A DNA stretch of 64,000 bases from contig JAWMAR010000060.1 in assembly GCA_036785375.1 (NCBI GenBank), positions 5,022,001 through 5,086,000 on the forward strand. The letters run 5' to 3'. Each line of letters starts with the position of its first letter. Position 1 is the first letter of the stretch. Shown here in pieces: positions 39,431 to 52,522 of the stretch. A program made the position numbers and the translations under genes. The DNA comes from Leucoraja ocellata. Its lineage: Eukaryota. The notes below the pieces were generated by a model. The model saw only the letters and a list, made by a program, of their open reading frames with translations. It had not been told where the DNA came from and did not search any database.

Positions 39431-42400
39431 CGTTTATATATATACTTTGTTTTAATTTAATATCGGACACTATTTCAGTGAAGTGAAATATGAACATGAA
39501 GTGAAATTATATTTTATATATAAATATTATATAATATATACAATATATTCCTCTGAATATCTCATAATATATAAGACGCATGTTATCTTAATCGGTCCAA
39601 ATGTTATTTGGAAATTGTACAAAATTGCACCAGTTGGTTGTACAAGAACGAATACATTCTACACACGAAATGCCATTTGACCTTATTTACCAAACATAAT
39701 AATGTAACCGTTATTAATTCAAATGCCGCAACTTTGTGAGTGCATATGATTAAACAAATATTTTATGTTAATCTATAAAATGTTTGTTTCCTTGTTGATA
39801 TGTATCTATTACAATGCAGAGAGTAATTGTTTTCAGTTATTATGCTGTGGTACCCCATAAACCGCAAACTCAAATGTCTGGGTATGTATGTGATATAATG
39901 TTCTGTCTTATGAAGATGTTTCGTTGTTTGCACCATACACTAGTTACGTAACTGACTTAACATTTGAATGCCATTACATATTATTTACAAAGAGTTCCAT
40001 ATTACGATCTATATTGTCAGCAATGTCAAACCAAATATATGTTATCTTTGTACTTATGCATAGTCCATTATAAATGCCTAACCTAGGCAGTCGCAGGCGT
40101 GCCCTGCTGTTGACATTCAACGTGATTTCAACATTTCAGTTTAGTTTTATTTATTCTAAAACAACGAACAATTTGCGTATGTGCATTGAAGTACCGTTGA
40201 TCCAATTATAATATAAAACGACCACACAAATGCTTTATTTCATTGCCCATTTGAATAATACATTCAGTTTCGTATTGGAGTGGCGCAATAGTATTTAATA
40301 GTGTTTTTAAAGTTAATTCAACAATTTTGAAGACAATTTGGCGTGATTTGCAAAGAGCCACGTACGCAAGTTAGGTACAGCGTACATTTATTTAAAATCC
40401 AATTCAATTAATTCTGTTCATGTTTGAATTCGGTATGGATTTGACATTACACATTCGATTGGAGTAATTCTCAATAAATATTTAAAATATATTTGGGGGG
40501 TTATTATTGCGAAAAGTAATAGTTTTGTATACACATTAATTTCACGATGGCAAGTTATGCTTAACAGTGAGCGCAAAGAAAAACGGGCTTTGCGCGATTC
40601 ATACAAATGTACGCAAGTGTAACTACTGCCTGCAGTGCATATTGTTTTCCCTTAGAATTTTTAATACGGCTTCAAATCGATTGAAGAGAAGGAATAATTC
40701 AATCAAACAATTTTACCAAGACAAATGAGCATGCCGACTGCAGGCAGAACATACAAAATCGGTGATGTGAATAGATACATACTTCTAAAAAGTGGAAATC
40801 AGCGAAATTAAATCCAAATCTCTGCCTTAATACGGCTTTGGTTTTTGGAAATGGCTTACAGATTTAATCGTGTAACGAGGGGCTCTGTTACAATTGTAGA
40901 TTATACCGCGTATAAATGTCTTTAAACATGATTCTTGGCGTTCAGCTTCGTGCATTAAATTATCATAATATATTTTTACTGACAGTTTGCAGTAACGCAT
41001 GCGAAATTATCCCTAAGAACTAACCCAAGGTTGCTGGCGTTATTCCTTAAGGCAATTTTAGGGGGAGGATGCATTATCTTTTCCCAATAAATTATTTTAT
41101 TCGCTCGGGGCTGCGCTGAATCCACTAGAAGTACATTAGGTTACGATAATTTACGCAAAATATGTGAGGTTCACTGCGAATCATATGCACCAACAGAAGA
41201 GCGGAAGAGCCGAAGCTAAATGAACATTATGGAAAGCCAATTCTATGTTGTAGCATTGTTTTATGTTTGGTTATGATGGTGTTAACGTTGACTGTATGGC
41301 AAATTTTGCTTGACTATATATTTTGCTATAAATAACAAGAAATGGCGAGTCCCAAATCTGATAGTCTGACGAGATAAATCTGATTGTTTGAAGGGTACGA
41401 AGCACCATTGTTCTTGCATTTGAGATACTTAAGACTGAAGCAAAACGGATAATAACCGAAGTAAAAATTTGCCCAGAATGTATTTATTTGGAGAAACTGA
41501 TAACTGTTGGTTATACCTGCTTTGTCTGCATCAATGATTACTGTTAGCTAATAACACAGTGTTTGGTTCTCATTTCCTCGTAAACGAAAAAATCGCCTTT
41601 TTTTACACAAGATGCAGTAGAAAAGTATAATCTAATAATTAGACCAGCCTTGATCAGACACAATGTGGGTGGTTCTCCTCGAGTATTTCCCAACCAGCGC
41701 ACGGATGAATGTTGCAATAGGATGTCGTGATTGGTTCGCTGCGTCATGTGATGAATGTAGTATTTTATAATCCCACGACATTTTGACAAATCAGCTTGCA
41801 TGTTGCAAGCAGCAGCCCACGAGCTGTTGATTCGTGTGCATTAGGAAAAAGGCACTAGAAAAATAAAGTATGGTTTAAGGTTCACTATTAGAAGTGCAAC
41901 ATTATTTAGATGTAAATGCAACAAAATAGATCGGAGACTTCAATAAATTTGCTTACCTCTCAAATAATAATTTCAAGGTAGACCACTTCCAAGAGACCAC
42001 TCCAAGATAATCCAAGATAAATCAGAGTACTCTGCATGACTGTGGAATTTATCTGTAATTCTATATTTTGAAATGAAAAAATTAGGAAATTAATATTTTT
42101 AGTGCAGATCAAGTTTTAGCTTTACACGTCCACAGCCCAGCGAAAGATGGATTATGCAATGCCACACACAATTTCCTGTGCTTCCTATTTATAACGTATG
42201 TAGACTATATACTTTAAAATTCTAAAAAATGCAGCATAAAATTCCTTACTCAAATATTGTGTAGAACAGCTCGGTAATCATTTTAGTTTTGCAAGAATAG
42301 AGGCGAAATTTCGCAAATATTTGACCAGATACAGTGTACCGAATATAAGTGAATAACCATTATATCCAGAGCAGTTACATACAGCTGTAGACACAAGTGA

Positions 42401-44467
42401 AATGATGGTTACATCATAACAAACACATAAGAGATCGGCTGATCATAGATAACATAAAGTTGACTAAATGCCTTTTATACGGTTCATGAATGCTACAATC
42501 TTACAGTTTATTTGATCAGCTTATCTACTCTTTTTTTTGGTTGCACAGGTTGAAATTTAGATGCAGCTAAAAGTTAATTTACAAAATTGTAGCCATATAT
42601 CAATATTAATTTGCATTGTAAATTTAAGCTTTGGTGATGTTAGTAAATTACTAAAGCTTGGCTGAGCAATACTTAATTCATGATTAGTCATTGAAATTCA
42701 AACATTTAAAATAATTTAGCCGAACCTTTCCACAATTTCGACAATACATAATACTTGGTACAGTTACTGACCTATGTTTGGTAGTCCTTGTTCAACTTTA
42801 CATGCTCATTATTGAAACACCCACGTTCGGTTGGTTGTGTGTTCAAAGCCCTTATAAATGATTCTCCGCAGATGTAACAGTAGATGGCGTACTTGTTCTA
42901 CATATACACCTCATGACTATTCATGAGCTGTTAATCGTCAAGGTCAAAGACTATCTGTTTTCGTCAAGGTCAAGGTTTAAACCTCCCCACCCCCATCGCT
43001 CTGCAACCAGAGCCAAGTAATGGCAGAGAATGTATTTTTATTCTGAATATTTAAACGCGTTTAGTTTACTACACTAAAACATTTAGTATTTTAATACATG
43101 CTTAGATATAACCTAAAATATTTCCATCAACATCCCGAATCTTTATCTGGCGGTGATGTTTTCCTTGAAGAAAGGCAGGACATACTTGCTAAGACTTCTT
43201 ATTTTTTTTGTAAGTTCCTTGGTTGTTTCTTAGAATGAAAGCTCTGTTTTCACACATCTTGAATAACTTGCCACACAACAGGAAGAAATCTAATTAGCCC
43301 ATTTAAAAAAACTTTTTTTTTGTTTTGAAGTTCTTAGCCGGTCTCATGTTTCTTCATAAAAAATATGCGACGCTGTAGTTTATGAAGACTTTTATTCGTG
43401 AAATAATTTGTTTTAATGCAAATAATTCAGAAGATGATTAAAAAAAAAGACAATAGGCTATACAGATTAAAAGCTGCATAATAGCAATGCAAGACATTTT
43501 TTAAATCTTTGATTATCATTCTTGATTTAACCTTGCAACTATAATTGGTTATATATACCAAGCAAGAGGGGGGCATGCAGGTATAACAATGCGGTATTTT
43601 AAAAAAATACAATTGCACGCAAATGCTGTCATCTTTAGGAAGGAGGCTGTATGTCTTAAGTGCATGGAGATTAATGTAATGTGTGATGTGTAATATAAGT
43701 AGCAAGCAAAAAAAAGGCTTCATATTGAGTTCATTTTCACGGAATTGGGTCTTCCACGTTTGCAATTAGATATTTGTTCCACTCTGTAGAAACTGCATTT
43801 TAATTACGAAAGGCAAGGATGCTCCTAGGTATGTACATAAGACGAACGTAGTGCTGAAATTGTACGCATTCACGTTCCCATTTACACTGCTATTTAGAAT
43901 ATATTCTCCCTTCTACCTGTACATTAATATCTTTAGAGATAGCGTATCCCTTCCAAAGAAACCTTAGTGCGTAAACATTCTTATTATACATTTCACGATA
44001 TATCCCATAGCTTACCTGAGGAAACAAAAATAGCATGCACTCTAGTAGCGTTTTTATTAACTAAACCCCTTTCAGCAAGTTTTCTTTAGGTGCTTTGATA
44101 GCATTTATGCGAAGGAACAGTATGAATCAAAGTTTTATGATTATTCTTTTTGAGTGTTTCTGTCTATATGCACTCGACAATGTTTTTGCCTCGAAAATAG
44201 CAACCCTCTAGATTTTTCAATAATGGGGTTGATTTATTTCTGGCGAATCTTAAACGATTTTAACAAGTCAGTTGCACCATATCTCTCTTGAAATATTATT
44301 TGTGAGTTGTTTGGGATTGTTTTTAAAAAAAAATAACGTGCAGGCAGAAATGTAAAAAAATCTAGCATCAAAAGAATGAGCTGAGATGGATTATTTTTTC
44401 TCCAGGCTGAGATTAAATATGTTCTAAACATTTGCAAAGTAAGTCCGAGTGTTCTGGAATTGTCGCA

Positions 44468-44712
44468 CTAGCTGTTACTTTTCAGTTTGGTGAGGACTTT
44501 CTTTTCTTTGACTCGTCTGTTTTGAAACCAAATAGTGACTTGTCTTTCTGAGAGGTTTGTTGATGCCGATATCCTCCTTCGCTTGTCCTTGGTGATGAAT
44601 TTATTGGTAGCATATTCCCGTTCAAGTTCTTTTAACTGCACCTTGGTATAAGGCACCCTTTTCTTTCTTCCACGCCGAAAAGAGCTCGCATCCGAAGGAT
44701 GAGAAACGACGT
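44468..44712 (-). CDS. HOXA13: HoxA13 exon 2 (homeodomain)
   Basis: Acceptor ttctttatag|AC at 44713/44712. Translates (D)[80 protein letters not shown]. Confidence 0.97.
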
Positions 44713-45100
44713 CTATAAAGAAAATGAAACACACCTTTATTATCCCATGCCCGTCGACAGAAAAAACACAGAGAATGTCGCTGGTGTCAAGTTCAACATC
44801 AGTGCGTGGAGAAACTACTGGGATTTATTTACTGAACTAAATGACATAACAGCAAATGTAATTTTAATGCGTAATAAGTTGAATGAATGATATTTTAAAA
44901 TATATATATGTTTAGGCAGTACATAAAAACGTGAAAGGCATATTTATGTTGAGCACATCCGGAATATTATTTTTTAACTGTGGTTTAATGTATATATCTT
45001 TCAGTTACCCGTACGCATTTGCAAGTCAGACAGAATGCTTTCCCCCTTCATTGGACGGATTTCGGTTATGGGGACTACGTTACGTTTTATCTATATTTAC

Positions 45101-45749
45101 CTGGCAGACTCGACTTCCAGAGGTGGGTGGGTTGAGGTTGCTCTTTTGAACAGCAGACTTGACCGTTCCACCCGTTGGTAATAGCCCAGGGCTGGTAGCT
45201 CTCCATGGGTAATAATGTTTCGTGTCTCGGTTCTCCCGGGGCGCTGATCGTGGGGACAACAGGTACATCCAAATAGCTGGGCATGGGTTGGTACGGCCCC
45301 GCGTAGCCTTGGTAGAAAGCAAACTCCTTAGCTCGGGTGGTGAATTCCTCGCCGGCGGACGTGTCCATATACTTGTCGGCAGGATAGCCAGACAAGGTGG
45401 AGGGCTGCGCACAGGACTTAATGCTGCTATGGTGGCTCATTCGGCATGGATAGTAACTGCTCCCAAAGTATCCATAAGGAAGAGAAGCACTGGAGGAAGT
45501 TTGAGCAGCTGGACAAGGACTACATTGTTTGACAGGTTCGACAATGCCAGAGGCTGGTAGTTCACTCGACGAGTAGGCAGAACTGGGGGCTAAGGATGCT
45601 GGATGGGCCATCAAATTCCTGCATTGGTTTGCTGTGAAGTTCCCTCCTGAAAATCCATCCATGCTTTTATTAATTTCATCCAAATTATTGTCGTAGACGA
45701 ACATCACCGTGTCGATCCAGCGGGGATGAAGTATCACTGACGCTGTCAT
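45101..45749 (-). CDS. HOXA13: HoxA13 exon 1
   Basis: ATG at 45749 gives [21 protein letters not shown]...[12 protein letters not shown]...[11 protein letters not shown]...[13 protein letters not shown]...HLWKS. Donor CCA G|GTAAAT at 45101/45100. Spliced CDS is 894 nt, 297 aa, with no polyalanine tracts. Confidence 0.97.
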
Positions 45750-45867
45750 ATCACGTCCAACATTGAGACTAGTGGCCGTTTTAAAAGCCCCCAAGACTGA
45801 AAAGAGATACTGAATCTCTCAGACTTACCAGCATTGACGCGCCAGTGTCGCTGAAAACCGCCCCCTC

Positions 45868-45891
45868 ATTGGCTGCCACTTTCCCACGTGA
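45868..45891 (-). promoter_or_regulatory. HoxA13 proximal promoter (E-box plus CCAAT)
   Basis: TCACGTGG-11 nt-CCAAT followed by GGGGCGG on minus, ~120 nt upstream of the ATG. Confidence 0.6.
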
Positions 45892-48800
45892 TATGCAAAG
45901 TAGATGATAAACATCTGAAGAATTAAAAAGGTAGATGCTACACTCGTCTAATATAGTAACGTTGGGGGCATTTAGGTGAAACACTAATTGGAATTAAATA
46001 CGTATCTCAAAATATTGAAATACCATCGGTGCACAAAATATACCAGATTATGGGATTGATAGAGGTGGGTTTACATGAAAATGCCTAACCATGCTGGAAA
46101 AAGCAACATTTTGCACACACACACAGATGCTCGATGTTAAATATGTTGTTGCTGCGTTTAGCAAAATAAACTAATCATATTTATTGGCTTTACGCCGTAA
46201 AATGTTTAAAATATCGGTTTTCTGTGTTGGCGCCCGATTATCAGGCGAAGTTTAGTTTCTCTTTGGTTAGATGATTTTACGGTTCATCCTTGTTATCAAA
46301 CGTATCTCATATCAATTAAATTCGGCCTTCTTTTTCAAACAGGCTCTCAGTTAACCAAAGCGGAGCGTTAGGATGGGTTAGCGCCACACCTTATAGTGTA
46401 TAAATAACATTACGAAGTGTTTTTAACTAATAGGAAAATAACGTTTGGAGAAATAGGTAGCTGCAGCAATTTTATAGTGAAAAGGAAACATCTGTATGAC
46501 CTTTATATTGCTTCATGACATAACTCGTTAAACCAAATAGTAATAATGCCCAAGCAAAGTCCAAAATTATACTGGTGGATGTTTGCTAAAAAGTGATAAT
46601 CATTTGAAAAAAAAATCCATCTGATCACTCTCGCTATAATATTTGTGAATAAAATAAACACCGGAGCAGTGTATGTTGAAATCAATCATTTTCAATTTTT
46701 TAAATATTGCAGAATAAGTCACTTTGTATTTCCATTCGCCCGAACAATTGAGATATTTACCCGGAGCAGTAATGGTGACATTTCCAACTAGCTTAAAAAT
46801 ACACTTAATATCAAAGGACATTTATAACACATATAGGAATATTGACGAAATATTTTCTTGCCATTTTAATATCTGAATTCTTTCTTCCCCCGCTATTGCA
46901 ACCTGTTCGTGATAGCTTGCTTGCTACAACATGTATATTCTCTGAACATTCTGATCAACAGCATTCGCATAATTGGATTTCACATTAAAAATATCAATGA
47001 ATGTATTTTACGAGTAACTGGCACATTCAAGTACACGGTGAAGCGATAGAATTGGGAATTGTTTAATATCTGCCACATCTGTGAATTTACTAAAACTATA
47101 AATATTATTTATTTTATAACATCTATCGCGTTATTAAAAGCATTATTTGATAAATATACGCCTAAATAGGCGATGCATTTAGAATTAACGGTGAAATTTG
47201 GCGGAAAGCATGGCCATAATCCACCCTACTAAACGCAGATATCACATGGTGAAGAAGAGCGGCTGGTAAAATGGAAACAACGGTAACCAATACTAGTCGA
47301 CTGTAATAGGTCGTCGTAAAGAGTGATTTTAAATTCAATTTTAGCCATTTAATGGGACCTTACGGTAAATGGAATCAAACCCATATCGTGATGAGCGACC
47401 TCATCAACCCTGTTTCAGAGTCGTTGGTCTTAGGCTCTGGCTGAAGACCCAGTTCCTTAAGTGATGCAGCTGTCTCGAGCAATCTTTTTACTATTGAAAT
47501 GCTTTTTATTCTTTATATTCACTACCTTACCCTCCCCCGCGGTCACTATCTCTCTATCGTTCTCTTTCCTGCTTTACTTGCTTTTCTCTTTATTTTCTCG
47601 CTATGTCTTTTTTATCGTACTCTTCATATACAGGGGCCAGGCAGGCAATCGCCAAAGGAGTAGTTAATGGCGTTCATTTAATCCTATTTTAGAAAGTGGA
47701 AGTAATGCGAAGCCTAAGTATTTGGGGACGCTTTCAGTTACAGACGATCGTTATTCGGCAGAGAGGCTGATATTCCAATTATAGGCAGTAAATACTCTCC
47801 GTCGGTTCCCGTTGTATCAAATCACGTAATTAAAACATAGTCTTTCGACCGTCCAGGGATATTATGAATTAGCTTTCCTTTCAGTATCCAAAGTGTTCAA
47901 CAGTTTTCCAGTTTATAATTGCCGAAAATGGATTGAAATTAATTCAAAAGATACAGTGCTGCAGACAAGTTAAATTAGGACTTTCTCACAAGATCTTGGG
48001 CGATTATTCTTTCACATCCTTGACCAGAGTACTCGGTGGGGGATCGTTTAATTTATACCCCAGTGATTATTATGTGATAAGGCGATTGGTACTCGTGTGT
48101 ATCTGTCATTGACTGACAAAGATTCGCTTCCTTCCATAATTATTACTCGATCGATCTCTTCAGTATCAGTATTGATTACATTTCCCCATACATTGTAAAC
48201 AAAGGTTATTTTTAAACTTTGTTCTAATTTTGCAATATTTTAAAAAACATATTGATTCCACGTTAATTCTTAATAACGCCGTATCTGTTCAGCTAATCTG
48301 ATCGTTTATACCGAAGATAGATTCCATTTAATTATGTAGTATTTGTTCCACTGTAATATCCATTTATCAGATAAATAGGCAAGTTTGTGAAAGACTGGAT
48401 TGTTTTGGAATATGTTTCAAGCTGAATTAATTTAAAAAAAAACAGTTTTATACGGCGACAATTTTTCATTGAGCATTAATCAATCGTGTTGACTGCTACC
48501 CCCCCCCCCCCCCCTCCAAATGCACTTTTAATGCAACCAAATTCTGCGCTTTTCGGTGTATGTTTTACCTTCGGTGTCTTCCACTTTCAAAGAGTAGTAT
48601 TTTAAGGAAAGGGTGCGATATAAATACATTCTGCACTATATACAAACTGGCACATTGCAGATTATGCTACAAAATGGCAGCAATCAAATAGGCAGCTCTT
48701 TTACATACGGGTTAGACACGGCTAAAGGCCAAGGTCAAGTTGAAAGTTGCAGTCTAGCCAAAGTGAGTGCTGTCATTCACGCGTTGACGACCATGTCTGA

Positions 48801-51599
48801 ATTCTTATAAAGGCACGCCGTGAGAATTGACTTCTTCATTACCGTTTTGTTTGTTTTCTTTTGTTTTCACTCACAACCCTCTAAATGAAAAAAAGTCCAC
48901 TGACCATACCGTCATCATTTCCAGGCTGTTTCTGCATGGTTGGTAAAGGATGTGAAATGGATGCAGTCGCTTTGAGATACATTGCAAATTATACAACATT
49001 ACATCCGGTTTAAATGCACTGTTTACGAAAGCTCTTGTTTTGAACTGAGTGCACCATAGGCACGTCTATGTTACTTGGAAAGGTAGGGGCAATCGGAACA
49101 CGCTTAACTATACTGATGAACACTGCGCCAAATATTGAGGGCCATGCTGCGGTGCCAGGAGTTATCTCCGGGCACGGTTTCAAGCTATTATTGGATCCGT
49201 ACATCAGCAATGAAAAGCTTACATTCTGACAAGGTGCAATATCGACATGTCTAAAAGGTAACCGTGTCTAAGAGATAACTCTTAAGAAGTAAATGCTTAC
49301 GTCTCGTAAGAAAGGTACCATGCAAAATATCAATTTAGTCATAATCGTTGTCTACCGTTTTGCTTTCAAGTATTTTACAGTATTCCACGCGTAAGCACAC
49401 GACCTCGATATTTGCAATGTGTTATCAACCTTTTTTTTGGTTTGGCTTTTCGGAACGATGTTGTGAATAATATCGCTTAATTGCTCAGAATGTGTGTCTG
49501 CAACCCAAACTATCGCAGAAGCAAAACTTGAAGTAACCAAGTTGTGAGAATGTAATACTAATTAACGGGTTAATAAATCGCTACCGCTAAAATACGTCAA
49601 CAACTGTTTTCCAACAAGAATATTAGTTTGAAGTCTCAATTCATAGCATTAACTTGTCGGTTTCATTTCCAACATTTTTTGGGGGTGGTTGGGTTCATTG
49701 GTAAATTGATTTCCCATTTTCGAATAATAAAAATGTTTACGTGATCAGGAATTATTAAATCTCCAAATTGCATTGGTCAAATATCTCTGGGCACCTATCT
49801 GTCATAGTTCTTTGAATCAATACTACGTGGCTGTTAGAACTTAGTTTTCCAACATTATAAACCATCTATCCAAAGTCTGCAGAGTTAAAACTATTTGCAG
49901 CATGCCATAAAAATATGCTTAGACCACGCGTTCTCAAAATTACTGCTTTGTTCTTTAGGAAAATCTGTCTGGTTTATGCCTTTCAAGGGGAAATATCACC
50001 CACTTCTTCTCGGGACTGAGTCTAAAGGGATAATCAACATGCATGTTTTTTTTTTCTCCCACCTTTATTGTTAATTAATGCTACAAATTACATATGACAA
50101 TCTAATGGTTGTTTGATAAATAATTTACTGGGCAACAATTTGATATCAGATTTTATGTCACTAAGGTCATATGGTAAGTCATTCCATTTATAAAATACAA
50201 TCATAATGTATTCACTGCTCCTAGAAATATCTCATATCGTTTTATACTCCTGTTTATAAAGGTAATGCGATGTGTTAACTCCACCAAAAAATACGTTGTG
50301 CTGCTCAATTATGCATGTACTACATTTAATAAAGTCATTTCTCCATTTTGGCCGCATTCATTGCAGTAACGTATATGATGGTATGTCCTAAATCAATTAA
50401 CTCGCAATACTTTTATATGTCTGTGTGTGCATCTTACGAGTCATATTTGGGATATTTATACGACTGTTTATTCAGCACTGCACATTGATAACTCAAAAGA
50501 CCCTGCACATGATTCCTTTCTGAAATATTTTGAAATATCTTGGAGCCTAAGTGAGATCAAAGAAAATGATTAATTTGTTTTGCTGCCCATGAACACATTT
50601 TGCAAAATTGTAACATTTGTATCAATAATTGTAGGTGCAACACAGATTGAACATGGTTCCTCTTTCATCGCTTAATACTTATAGATATAAGAAACATGCA
50701 TTCATCGTTATATTGAAACATGTCGTCAAGATAGACTTTATAGATATATTGATATCACTGGAGAATCACGGTCACTTGTGAGACTCAGATTTAGCAGGGA
50801 ATACGTATATGCCATAAATGTTTGCATTACTGCAATTGTCAATCTTATTGTACAGCAATACACAAATATTTTGCTTGGGAATTTGTATCGTATTGGTCAC
50901 TGTGAAGCATTGACAAGTTTGAAACTAACAATTCCCATTTAATCCACATTTATTAATGTCAGTCCAGTATTCAACACAAAATGTCATTCATCTACATTGG
51001 CAAATAAACCTTAAGGATTCAATTTATTGAATTAGAACGAATGTGATAATTACATTCGTATATGTACTTTACTTGGTTTTTCGCGCAGGTATGTGCGTGA
51101 GAAGGGGGCTGTTTACACATGGTATTACCTTATTGATGCATATTGTATGCAAATGTATTGTCAATGTTGCCATCTGAAATGGGTGAACATTTAGAAAAAA
51201 AGATAGTTGTTACACACTGACAACTGCTTCATAACAACCATTACCCATTGCTATACGGTTATCATTGATATTATTACATGTAAATTAGCCCTTTAATTAA
51301 ACAACTCAATTTGCAAAGAAAACACACCGGCTTTTCTGCAAATGTATTCTCACGAAGTACAACTGGAATCTTATTTATCAAACAACTTGCTATGCGTAAT
51401 AAGAAACCCAATTTTGCACATGTTTTGTTTTATTCGAAATTTGCCGCTAATTTAAATTTTAGCCATCTGTTCATACCTTTCCAGGGGTGGGGGGCGGGGG
51501 CTGCACCTTTTATACTTTAAACCTAACTACAATGTCATTTTTTTCGTCTCTTCGTAAACATTCGTCAAAGGTACATAAAAGGACATTTTCTGCGTAACA

Positions 51600-51677
51600 A
51601 TAGACACAAAAAGCTGGACTAACTCAGCGGGACAGGCAGCATCTCTGGAGAGGAGGAATGGGTGACCCTTCTTCAGA
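51600..51677 (-). mobile_element. Penelope-like/MER6-like repeat fragment
   Basis: Reverse-complement match to 39340-39430 (tagacacaaaaagctgg..ctcagcgggacaggcagcatctctggagag..cccttcttcag), with the central stem deleted. Confidence 0.65.
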
Positions 51678-51734
51678 TTTTGTTTTGGAACTGCAGTTCA
51701 TAACTGCATTATTAGTTATAGTTAGTTGGAAGCT

Positions 51735-52003
51735 AACGAGCCTTTTCTTCTCTCGCGCACGTCTTCCCGAAATCAGAGGTACACAAAAATGCTGGAGAAA
51801 ATCAGCGGGTGCAGCAGCATCTATGGAGCGAAGGAAATAGGCAACGTTTCGGGCCGAAAGAAGGGTTTCGGCCCGAAACGTTGCCTATTTCCTGCGCTCC
51901 ATAGATGCTGCTGCACCCGCTGAGATTCTCCAGCATTTTTGTGTACCTTCGATTTTCCAGCATCTGCAGTTCCTTCTTAAACATCCCGAAATCGGAATTC
52001 GGT
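51735..52003 (-). pseudogene. HOXA14: HoxA14 pseudogene, probable exon 3 remnant interrupted by insertion
   Basis: Removing the insertion and one TSD gives ag|ACC GAA TTC CGA TTT CGG GA- AGA CGT GCG CGA GAG AAG AAA AGG CTC, i.e. TEFRFR-RRAREKKRL versus VKIWFQNQRQKEKKLL. Consistent with the Hox14 intron inside helix 3. Confidence 0.55.
51775..51983. mobile_element. Palindromic (fold-back) repeat insertion with 10-bp TSD
   Basis: Arms of ~80 bp (aggtacacaaaaatgctggagaa...cgggccgaaa / tttcggcccg...ttctccagcatttttgtgtacct) form a near-perfect inverted repeat, flanked by TCCCGAAATC at 51765-51774 and 51984-51993. Confidence 0.85.
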
Positions 52004-52179
52004 CTGCCATTCCAAATTGTTACTCCCATTTAAAAAAAGTTTGGACCCCTTTAAGACATATTTTCGCTTTTGCTTCTTATTCTAATAGCAACCCTCCCTG
52101 GTTTGTTCGTCTGCTATCCTGCTCAAACGTCACCATTACCACACCCTCGCCCATACCCCAGCAAACAGAGACAAATTCA

Positions 52180-52356
52180 CCATAATCGCTACTAATTTTG
52201 CTTGTTCGTTTTGTCGTTGTACTTCAGGGGTCAGAAAGCAGGTTTCCTCGACAGAACTGTTGGGCTTTGCCATCTGGAAATTGATATTATGGATTCCCTA
52301 CTTTTAACTGAGTTCTTGGGTGGCCAGGCCAGGCCAGGGAGAATCATTGCTTCGAG
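52180..52356 (-). pseudogene. HOXA14: HoxA14 pseudogene, exon 2 remnant (homeodomain residues ~1-40)
   Basis: After the acceptor ttcattcgcag (52357), the frame reads K*GIHNINFQMAKPNSSVEETCFLTPEVQ. This is in ungapped register with Hox14-type KKRIPYSKxQIAELExAFExNRFLTPEVR, most codons differing by one base. FLTPE is characteristic of Hox14. In-frame TAG at 52298-52300 and TAA at 52304-52306. Confidence 0.8.
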
Positions 52357-52419
52357 CTGCGAATGAATAAGACTTAATTATTTGATTTAATTGGTCTACT
52401 GTCTTATAGACTTTTACTT

Positions 52420-52522
52420 AGCATGATTGTGTCTAATGTATAATAGGATCGTCACTGAATTGAATGGAAAAAATGCATTTCACTGTACTTAGGTGTACAT
52501 GACAATAAAGTACAATTAAACC
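52420..52522 (+). mobile_element. Degenerate LINE (Rex1-like) 3' tail
   Basis: ...aaaaaatgcatttcactgtacttaggtgtacatgacaataaa, similar to the tail at 59550-59652. Confidence 0.45.
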
